Source: an uncultured Fibrobacter sp.
GTDB lineage: Bacteria; Fibrobacterota; Fibrobacteria; Fibrobacterales; Fibrobacteraceae
Length of the DNA stretch: 64,000 bases
Assembly: GCA_947165045.1 (NCBI GenBank)
Contig: CAMUYW010000003.1
Span: forward strand, 17,185 to 81,184
Reading direction: 5' to 3'
Shown here: positions 38,564 through 47,300 of the stretch, piece after piece
Layout: each line of letters begins with the position of its first letter
Numbering within the stretch: the first letter of the stretch is position 1
The notes under the pieces: generated by a model
What the model was told of the DNA's origin: nothing
Seen by the model: only the letters and a program-made list of their open reading frames with translations
Databases searched by the model: none
Translations under genes and position numbers: made by a program

Positions 38564-39007
38564 ATGATTTGCCCATTTTGCAAAAATGATAACGACAAGG
38601 TGGTTGATAGCCGCATGAGCGGGACCTCGATTCGTAGGCGCCGTGAATGTCTTGCGTGTGGTCGCAGATTCACGACCCGTGAATATATCGAACTTCAACC
38701 TTTGACGGTTATCAAACGTTGCGGTGACCGTGAACCGTTCCAGCGAGAAAAACTTTTGCGCGGAATCATGAACTCTTGCAAAAAACGCCCGGTGTCTAAT
38801 GATGATATCGAACAGCTTGTGACGCGTGTGGAAAATGCTTTGCAGATGTCCGAAAATTCCGAAGTCCGCTACGATCAGATTGGTAATCTTGTGATGCAAG
38901 AGTTGAAACAACTCGACGCTGTCGCTTATGTGCGCTTCGCTTCGATTTACCGTGAATTCAAGGAAGTGGGCGAGTTTGTCGATCAAATCAAGACACTGGA
39001 CAAGTAA
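38564..39007 (+). CDS. nrdR: Transcriptional repressor NrdR
   Basis: MICPFC...KVVDSR...IRRRRECLACGRRFTTRE zinc ribbon, ATP cone, VAYVRFASIYREF. Confidence 0.97.
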   Translation: MICPFCKNDNDKVVDSRMSGTSIRRRRECLACGRRFTTREYIELQPLTVIKRCGDREPFQREKLLRGIMNSCKKRPVSNDDIEQLVTRVENALQMSENSEVRYDQIGNLVMQELKQLDAVAYVRFASIYREFKEVGEFVDQIKTLDK

Positions 39008-39034
39008 GACGAGAGAACAGCTCTGTCAATTCCA

Positions 39035-39991
39035 ATGAAAAATCTCCTCCAATCAGCAAATGAAAAACGTGCTCCATTGTTCGATGTGACCGATGCATAT
39101 CGTGTTGTGAACGGTGCTGCTGATGGTTTTCCCGGTATTACGATTGATCGTTATGGAGACCGTTTCCAAGTACAGTTTTTTGGGCCGGAACTTTTAAGGC
39201 GCAAGAACGAAATTGTCGATGCTATTGGCGGACTTTTTAATCCCATTTGCGTTGTCGTGAAGGAACGTCTTTCCAGTGCGGGACGCTCGCTCGAAAATGC
39301 TCCGATGGAAGTGATGGTTGGCTCGCGTGAAGATGCTATCGGTGTTGTGCATGAAGGCAAGGCGAAGTTCCATGTCGATTTGATGGATACGATTAATCCG
39401 GGACTGTTCTTGGATATGCGCCATGTACGCCTCGAAGTCGAAGAACGTTTTTGCGAGATGGGGGATGGTTTGCGATTCCTCAACCTTTTTAGCTATACTT
39501 GCAGTTTCTCAGTGCATGCTCGTTTAGGCGGCGCCGTGGTGGCTACAAACGCCGATATTAGCGGAAAGATTCTTGATAAGGGCCGCGAAAATTATGCGCT
39601 GAATGGCCTCGATTTGCGCCCTGGAGAGTTCTTTCGCGGTAATGCTATAGAATATGTGCATTGGGCAAAAAAGAAAGGGCTCCGTTTCGATGGCATTGTG
39701 TTAGATCCGCCGAGCTTTGCCCGTTTCAAGGGCTTTAACTTTAACGTGCGCGAACATTTGATGCCGCTTGTCGCAGAATGTGCAGAAATCTTGAACCCGA
39801 ACGGATTTTTCATGGTGAGTTCCAATTACAGCGAATTCAGTTTGAATGCGTTTGCGCGCGATGTCCTTGCCGCTGTTTCATCCGTTCATTCGAAAGCAAA
39901 AACGTCTTGGAAAAAATCCCAAGACGTAGACTTTGTCGGAAGTGGCTCTACAAAAGATTCTTGCCTTGTTGCAACCCTTGTAGAAGTGTAG
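39035..39991 (+). CDS. Class I SAM-dependent rRNA methyltransferase (RlmI/RlmK-like)
   Basis: YRVVNGAADGFPG...DRY, GLFLDMR, LNLFSYTCSFS, IVLDPPSF. Confidence 0.85.
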   Translation: MKNLLQSANEKRAPLFDVTDAYRVVNGAADGFPGITIDRYGDRFQVQFFGPELLRRKNEIVDAIGGLFNPICVVVKERLSSAGRSLENAPMEVMVGSREDAIGVVHEGKAKFHVDLMDTINPGLFLDMRHVRLEVEERFCEMGDGLRFLNLFSYTCSFSVHARLGGAVVATNADISGKILDKGRENYALNGLDLRPGEFFRGNAIEYVHWAKKKGLRFDGIVLDPPSFARFKGFNFNVREHLMPLVAECAEILNPNGFFMVSSNYSEFSLNAFARDVLAAVSSVHSKAKTSWKKSQDVDFVGSGSTKDSCLVATLVEV

Positions 39992-40018
39992 GTCTCGCGC
40001 AGTTCCTAGTTTTAAGTT

Positions 40019-41563
40019 CTAGTCCTCTCCGCCGTCCATCTCAATTTTAAGTTCTTTGAGCTTTCTCCAAAGCGTAGCACGACTAATGCCGAGTTTCTTG
40101 CAGACTTCAGTCTTGTTGCCTTTGCAAATGCTTAACGCGTGCAGAATATGCCTGCGTTCCATTTCTTCGAGCGAAAGAATTTCTTCGTTGGCCGGTTCTG
40201 GATTGTGAGTCAAGAACTTCGTTGGATTATGCGTTATAAGTCCTGCGTTATCGGTTTTACCCGTTATTGGGGCGAAGTTGATCGGTTTAATTGGCGTCTC
40301 GACTTCGTCTTCTTTTTCGCGTAAAACTTCTTCGCTAATCGCACTTTCGCTTGCTACTTTTTCGCCATTATCTTTAATGTGTGGAATTGCTACAGCTTGT
40401 TCGCGAGCTTCGACTTGCACATATTCAGGCAAATCCTCAAGCTTGATTATTCCGCCTTCCGAAAGCACAATGGCATGTTCCATGATGTTTTCGAGTTCAC
40501 GGATATTGCCGGGGTAGGGGTACTTTGTAAGCGCGTAAAGTGCTGCCGGCTCAAGATCGTGAATTTCTTTGCCTTGTGCATCCTTATTTTTTAGGATAAA
40601 GTAACGAATTAAATTCGGGATTACAGGCTTTCTATCGCGGAGCGGTGGAAGCTGTAAATGGAACGTGTTCAGACGGTAGTAAAGGTCTTCGCGGAATCGT
40701 CCTTCGTGCATCGCTTTTTGCAAATCGCGGTTTGTGGCTGCGATAATACGAATGTCCAAATAACGTGCTTCCGTTTCGCCCACGCGTCTGATTTCGTGGC
40801 TTTGTAGAAAACGCAAAAGCTTCACTTGCGTTGCTAGAGAAAGCTCGCCGACTTCATCGAGAAAGAGTGTGCCGCCGTTGGCTGATTCAAACAGGCCTTT
40901 CTTGTCTGCGGTAGAACCGGTGTAAGATCCTTTCTTGCTACCGAAAAGCTCGCTTTCCACAAGGTTTTCGGGAATGGCGCCGCAGTTAACAGGCACAAAC
41001 GGTTCGTTTGCGCGCTTGCTGTAGCGGTGAACTACGTTCGCCAAGAATTCCTTGCCCGAACCGGACTCGCCAGTTATGAGCAATGTGCTGTTGGTCGGGG
41101 CGACCTTATAAACGGTCTTTAGAATTTTGCGCATCTCGGGCGTGTCGCCGAGAAGGCTATCCAACACTTGCGATTCCATCAGCTGCGTGTTGGACTTGTT
41201 CTGCTGTTGCGCCTGGATTTTGCTTGCCGTGCTTTCAAGAAGTGAAAGCGTGACCGGCTTTTTCAAAAAACTGCTAGCACCACGAGTGATGGCGCTAGCG
41301 GCTCCTTGCCAATTACGGTCGTCACACAAGACGAAAATTTCAATACCAGGCTGGCGTTCCTTTAAATAGCTGATCATGTCCATGTTGTCGAGCATCAAAA
41401 AAGGAACCTCGATAAACGCAAGGTCTATCGACGTATTTTTTACCAACGGCATTAAGGCTTTTTCGTCGGAGCAAACCATGAGGTTCGTTCCGGCTACTGA
41501 CCAATTCCGTTGTAGCTCCTCGACAAATTTCCGATCAAAATCAGCGATCAGGATATTCATCAT
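40019..41563 (-). CDS. Sigma54-dependent (NtrC/Fis family) transcriptional activator with an atypical receiver domain
   Basis: GESGSGKE, NCGAIP..LVESELFG, GGTLFLDEVGE, IIAATNRDL, FREDLYYRLN, YPGNIREL, and a Fis HTH 'LGISRATLWRKL'. Confidence 0.92.
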   Translation of the reverse strand: MMNILIADFDRKFVEELQRNWSVAGTNLMVCSDEKALMPLVKNTSIDLAFIEVPFLMLDNMDMISYLKERQPGIEIFVLCDDRNWQGAASAITRGASSFLKKPVTLSLLESTASKIQAQQQNKSNTQLMESQVLDSLLGDTPEMRKILKTVYKVAPTNSTLLITGESGSGKEFLANVVHRYSKRANEPFVPVNCGAIPENLVESELFGSKKGSYTGSTADKKGLFESANGGTLFLDEVGELSLATQVKLLRFLQSHEIRRVGETEARYLDIRIIAATNRDLQKAMHEGRFREDLYYRLNTFHLQLPPLRDRKPVIPNLIRYFILKNKDAQGKEIHDLEPAALYALTKYPYPGNIRELENIMEHAIVLSEGGIIKLEDLPEYVQVEAREQAVAIPHIKDNGEKVASESAISEEVLREKEDEVETPIKPINFAPITGKTDNAGLITHNPTKFLTHNPEPANEEILSLEEMERRHILHALSICKGNKTEVCKKLGISRATLWRKLKELKIEMDGGED

Positions 41564-41571
41564 TTATGCTA

Positions 41572-41946
41572 TTACGAATGTGCTTTGATGATCTCGTCGA
41601 CTTTGTTGCGGAGCAACTGGAGGTCCAGCGGCTTGCTGAAAATGGCTGCAACATCGAAATGTTGTGCCGTTGCAAGGTAGTCTTCTGCCGAAGTGCGTCC
41701 GCCACCGCTAATAGCGATTGTACGGTCACTCATGCCCATGCGGCGAAGATCAAGGACCACTTCAAAACCATCGCCTTCCGGCATGATGATATCGGTGATA
41801 ATCACATCGTACGTATTCTTCTGATAAAGCGACTTTGCTTTCTTGCCGTTGCATGCAGTATCGACAGTGTAACCTTTCAATTCCAGAGCAGACTTCAACA
41901 TGAGGTTGAGCTGAGCGTCATCGTCAATGATGAGTATTGTAGACAT
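41572..41946 (-). CDS. Single-domain response regulator (CheY-like receiver)
   Basis: ILIIDDD, VIITDIIMPEGDG, SGGG, FSKP. ATG at 41946 overlaps the kinase stop (TAATG) and has a GGAGG RBS. Confidence 0.9.
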   Translation of the reverse strand: MSTILIIDDDAQLNLMLKSALELKGYTVDTACNGKKAKSLYQKNTYDVIITDIIMPEGDGFEVVLDLRRMGMSDRTIAISGGGRTSAEDYLATAQHFDVAAIFSKPLDLQLLRNKVDEIIKAHS

Positions 41947-44324
41947 TAAGCCTCCATTTTCTCGTTTCTTATAGACCAATATAGATTAAAAATAGTTCCT
42001 TCGCCCAAGGTTGTTTGTACTGTATAGCCTGCATTGCCTTCTTTTAGCAGTCTTAGGGCCGAAGACAGGCCTAAACCGAGGCCTTCGCCTGGCGCTTTGG
42101 TTGTAAAGAACGGTGAAAAGATGCGTTCGAGGGTGGCTGTATCCATACCGGTGCCGGTGTCCTCGACGGTTATTTTCGCATAAGTGCCCGCATCGATTTG
42201 CGGTGCGTATGGAGTAATGAGCGGTTCCGTGAGCACTTCGCGCTTTAATGCAATCGTAAGCGTTCCGCCATTTTCCTTCATGGCAAAGATGGCGTTGTTT
42301 GCGAGGTTGCTGATAATACGGTCTAGAGCAGAAACGTTTCCGACGATGCGGATGTTCTTGTCGAGGTCGTCGGCTTTTACTTTCACGTTTGGCGGGAGCG
42401 TTATCCAGAGCTTCTTCACCACGTCTTCGATGATCATGTAAGGAGCAAATTCTGTGAGCTTGTCCTTTTCCGAAGTTTTTCCGCGGATGGTATTCAAAAG
42501 TTCTTCGAGCGATTCCTTACCACGTGTCGCGGCTTTTCGTGCTTCCTGGATGAACATGTAGGCTTGGTTGTCCTTGTCGAGCACTTCAAGTGCGAGGTCG
42601 CAGAAACCAATTTGCGATCCAAGAATGTTGTTGTAGTCGTGCGCGAAGCCACCGCAGATGGTTCCCAATTCTTCAAGTCTCGAATGAATGTGCTTTTGTT
42701 CTTGCAACATGTCGCGTTCTTTTTCGAGACGCTTTTCTTTAGTGGTATCGATCTTGATACCGATTATTTTGTACGGCTTACGTGGAGCCATAATCGGGAT
42801 AAACATGTTTTCGAAAATCATGATATCCTTGGCTTCACCTTTGCGGACTGCCATGTTGTAATCGTCTTGCTTCAAGATCTCAACGGTATCTTCTTCTTCG
42901 TTGTTTTCGTTAATGGTCTTTTTTATTCGTTCGTAAGAAATGAAACTTTGTGGTTCACCTTCGTTGCGCGCCAAGAGTTCTTGCGGCAAAATTTTGTTGT
43001 CTGGTTCCGAAGTCTGCAATAAGTTTCCGCGGCTCTTTATGTCCGTCTGGTTTTGCGTCATGAACACGCCCTGTTCGTTCTTCGACCAGAAGCGGAAGGG
43101 AAGCGTGCTGATCAGCGTATCCAAGAAGTACTTACTTTCGTCGACTTTCTTTTTCCAAATGTTCAGACGTTCTTGGTAACGAATTTGGTCGAGCTGGTAT
43201 TCCTTGAACTGCTCGTCGCGGTTCTTGATGATTTGTTGGTAGTGTAGCGTATTCGAAACATCGCTAAAGAAGGCGACGTTGTAGTTTGTTGTCAATGATT
43301 GGCGAATCTCGAAAATCGAAACGTTGAAAATATGGTCTTCGTTATCAATCTTGATTCTTATTTTGTTGTAAGTTGATTCTCGCGATGGATCTGTAATTTG
43401 CGGGAAAATCGAAGAGATCTTCTTGTTGTGCAACGCTTCTTGCGTGGTGTGTAAAATGGTCAATGCAGCCGGGTTTGCTAGTTGGATTTCTCCTTTGTAG
43501 TTATAGTATATGAGCCCGTCTACCATTCTTTCTTTTAGTTTGTCTAAAAACCATGAAGTGCACTTGTTTTTGAACGAAATCGATGTGAAGTATTGACCAG
43601 ATAGAATTGCTAAGAAAACAGAAATGAATTGCGACCATTTAAGAAATTGATCGTAGCTGCTGAACTTGGATGCTATAGGAATGACAAAATCAAAGAGTGC
43701 CGCTAGCGTCACAAAAAATATGAACGATGCAAACATGTAGACGCTAACCTGATAGGGAAGGGTAGTATCGCAAGCTTGCACGATGTTGCGAAGATAGAGG
43801 TAACCCGTAATGATGATGTTCGGAAGAACGAAGATGCAGAACAGCAACGTGTAAAAGTAAAATACGGGACGTTCGGTGAATGGTCTATAACTAAAAATAT
43901 TGATGCTTGAAATGTAGGAAGGGTCCTTGATAAATAGGTATGTCGAAATAATAACGGCTAAGGCTCCCAAAATATTCATGAGCTTCCAGCCGTTTTTTCG
44001 CTTTATCTTAAGGCTAATTTCTGCAGTGTGCTGTACTGCATTACCAATTTGAATCCAACCAAGAGCCGCTATGCCAAAAACAAGTTGCCTTGCTGTATAT
44101 GCCTTGGTGCCTGCGATAAAGTTGTCACCGCTAAAGAAAATATCGCCAATCATGTTGCTCGCTTGCCAGAAAATGCTGATAATCACCAGCTGATGGATTG
44201 GGCGAGGCAGCTGCTTGACTGACGTTTTTTGCCCAAGCATAATGGGAAAATAGCATACGATGATTAGCGCTACTACGGATAACGCGATAACGTAAGGTGA
44301 ACCTGAAAATAGACTCTCTTGCAT
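41946..44324 (-). CDS. Sensor histidine kinase with N-terminal ~7-TM sensor, PAS-like domains, HisKA and HATPase
   Basis: Seven hydrophobic segments; GGFAHDYNNIL H-box; NLANNA, DTGTGM, FSPFFTTK and GLGLGL boxes. Confidence 0.9.
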   Translation of the reverse strand: MQESLFSGSPYVIALSVVALIIVCYFPIMLGQKTSVKQLPRPIHQLVIISIFWQASNMIGDIFFSGDNFIAGTKAYTARQLVFGIAALGWIQIGNAVQHTAEISLKIKRKNGWKLMNILGALAVIISTYLFIKDPSYISSINIFSYRPFTERPVFYFYTLLFCIFVLPNIIITGYLYLRNIVQACDTTLPYQVSVYMFASFIFFVTLAALFDFVIPIASKFSSYDQFLKWSQFISVFLAILSGQYFTSISFKNKCTSWFLDKLKERMVDGLIYYNYKGEIQLANPAALTILHTTQEALHNKKISSIFPQITDPSRESTYNKIRIKIDNEDHIFNVSIFEIRQSLTTNYNVAFFSDVSNTLHYQQIIKNRDEQFKEYQLDQIRYQERLNIWKKKVDESKYFLDTLISTLPFRFWSKNEQGVFMTQNQTDIKSRGNLLQTSEPDNKILPQELLARNEGEPQSFISYERIKKTINENNEEEDTVEILKQDDYNMAVRKGEAKDIMIFENMFIPIMAPRKPYKIIGIKIDTTKEKRLEKERDMLQEQKHIHSRLEELGTICGGFAHDYNNILGSQIGFCDLALEVLDKDNQAYMFIQEARKAATRGKESLEELLNTIRGKTSEKDKLTEFAPYMIIEDVVKKLWITLPPNVKVKADDLDKNIRIVGNVSALDRIISNLANNAIFAMKENGGTLTIALKREVLTEPLITPYAPQIDAGTYAKITVEDTGTGMDTATLERIFSPFFTTKAPGEGLGLGLSSALRLLKEGNAGYTVQTTLGEGTIFNLYWSIRNEKMEA

Positions 44325-44345
44325 ATTTTCCCAATTTATTGAGCT

Positions 44346-47300
44346 TTACTTTGTTCTCTTGATACCGAATGTCTTTCTCTGCTCGTATGAAGATTTTGTC
44401 GAGAAGTTTTTGATGATCTTTTCGTCATCCTTGACTTCTGGGTTATTCATGTTGGGCGAGAATGTTGCACTAATTTCGGCCTTGTAAATGTACGCGCCTG
44501 TACCTACAGCTCGGTCGTCCTTGGAACGGATGCCTGCCGGTCCCTTATTTGCCCATTCAATGGCAAATTGGACGATGTTGGCAGAAGAAAGGTACTGCTT
44601 CGGATTTACATTGAAAGAGTTGTGGAAACGATTGACAAAGTGGCCAAGGTTCGAGTAAATCGGAATGTTGAACTTGACGAGAAGATTGCTCCAAGCGCAT
44701 TCGTCGCCGTACGAAGCTCCACGCGGTACGGTGAGCTTGACGTCAAAGATTGCACCGCCAATGTCTGCGGAGTCAATTCCGGTTAATGTAACCTTGTCGT
44801 TTTGGATGAGGTCGAACTTGTTGGTCGCAGGATTCTTTACATAGAAACGCATCGTTTCACCGACATCGACCTTGCTGCGGTTGCTTGGCTTTTGGTCAGT
44901 GACGTTGTTACGCATTTTTACATCGAATTTGATAGCTGGAGCACCCTTACCATTGACAGGAACCCATGGAACTTCAAATTCTGGATAGTTGCCATTTGCA
45001 TCCTTGAACGTGCTTGTCATCATGGAACCCATTCTGACATAGTCGCCTTCCATTACAGTACCTTTAATATCGCCTGTGTAGAGAAGCGTAATTCCTGCAT
45101 TATCCTGCATAAAGCTCCATGATGAAAATTCATTGCGGAATACATTGGATTGCTTGTCTGCACGTTTGTGTCTGAAGTATTGCTGAGCGGAGTCTGCAAT
45201 GACGAGCGGTTCGCTTGCGGTAATAGTCAAGAGTTCTGCAGCCGCCATCTGCTTGATTGATGCAGAAACGTAAACAGGACCAACTCTGTCTTCGGCAAGA
45301 ACGGAGTTCGTTTCGGTAGCGGCTCCAGTTCCGAGCGATTGGATAACGAGGCCTGCGTTGGTAAGGTACTTTCCACCTGGGAGAGAGCCTTCGTAATTAC
45401 CGGCTGTGTTTCCGAACTGGAACGGCGTTTCAAGATCGAGAGAAAGTGTTGTTCCGCTAAAGACGAGCTTGCTCTTTTCAACGGTCAGTGTCTCGGGTCT
45501 TGCTGTACCGAATATGATATCGATTGTTTCCGGTATGTGTTTGTCATCAAGAGCTTTTTGGAAGGTAATGTCGATGTGACTTGCATAACCATTCTTGAGT
45601 TTGTCTGTGATAACGGCGTAAATCATCGGAACCGGCAGAATCTTCAGGAGAATTTGAACCTTTTCCGGTGTGCAGAGCCCTGCGACTCCATTGCCATTTA
45701 AGTCTGTAATTGTACCGACTGGATCAAGCTGACCCCACATGCCCGCGGTAACCATAGAGACATTTCCTGTGCCAAAGGCAATTTCGAAGTCCCAAATGTT
45801 CTTTGCTTCGTTGTAAATCTTAGCAGAGAGAACTGTTGGCGTAAATACCTTGGTGGTTGAATCTTCTTTGTAGAGAATAAGCGGGAAGGTTGTACCCGGT
45901 GCAGAAATAGGTTCGCTGAATTGTAGATAAAGGTGATCTGTTGTCGATGTATCTTGGCGTTCGAGAACCGTTGCCGAAAGCAATGTCGGAGAAATGCCGT
46001 CTCCGTATGAGTCGTCAACAACCTTTTTATTTCCTTGAATAATGCTTTCGAGAGAAATCTTTCCTGTAGCATCTGTTACGATTTCTTGCGGAACGTCAAT
46101 GTTGACAATCAGCATCTTGCCGTTTAGAGATTGAACGCTGCTCGAAACGTAGGTTTCTTTTCCATAAGTGAACGAAATAGAGGAGAACGATTGATTTTCC
46201 ATGTATTCCGACGAAAGCGTGATTTGCATAGCGTCAGGAATATGGTCGCAGTTCAAGTCTACAATTTTGGCAACATCGATAATGGGCCAAGGCGGAAGTT
46301 CTTCGATGACCAAGTTTGCTGTTGCAGGCGTGTAGGCGTAGTCCTTTGTGTTGGGGTGCGTTGCAGAAATTGTTGTTGTTACGGCAACCTTGGAACTTAC
46401 GTAAATCGTAGCCTTACCGTCAAAAAGGGTGACTGTCGTTACTGGAATCGTTGCTGTCGGATCGGTATAGAATAAAACGTTCGGGTCGTCGGAGACAAGC
46501 TCCACGTTCAAACTCTTTTCGTCTTTTAGCAATACGAGGTTACTGTCTAAAAGCGAAATTTCAACTTCAACGTATTTATCCTTATAACCTGTAATATCAC
46601 CTTTGTCAAATAAAAGGTAACGTTTTTCTAGAGGCTTGGTAATACTGTCAATTTCAACGTTTGTACGAACAACTGTGCATGCGCAGTCATATTTGTTTTC
46701 TGTTTTCTGGTTTGCGTTTCTGTTGTGCCAGGTGACCCATTCCATGTAGTTGTTGCCGTAGGCAAGCGTCGTGTCGCCACCGAAGAGTATTTCGTCGGTA
46801 CGATTGGTGTTGACATAGCTGAACGGATAGGGATTGCCGTTCATTTCGACAGCATCGAGGAGACCGTTCGGAGTGACCTTGCTTGTTGCGGCATAGGTCG
46901 TGGCCGGATCGACTTTTTCAACCGAGTGGATTGGGCTTATGAACGGGCTTGAGAATGTTGTCGTGATGGTTCGATTGACTTGCGGTCCTTTATCAGGTGT
47001 GTAATCTGGAGCGTAGCCGTAAATGTATTTGCCGTGGTAATATGCTGTAACGTAAGGAGTCTTTCTGAAAGCTTTTTCATTGACTCCATTTACGTTTTCA
47101 ACATACATATTGGAGTTGGATTCTTCTTTGTAAAGCGGACCACGTGTTAGATCGATGCCTTCGAAGTATTCAGGATCATCATCATCGGTATGGGGCCTAA
47201 ATGACCAGCTGTTTTCGAGGCTTCCGTATCTGGGATCCACGATAAATTCAAAGAAGTAGCTGCCGGATACGGCGAGTTTTCCTTCGATGTGGACTTGCGT

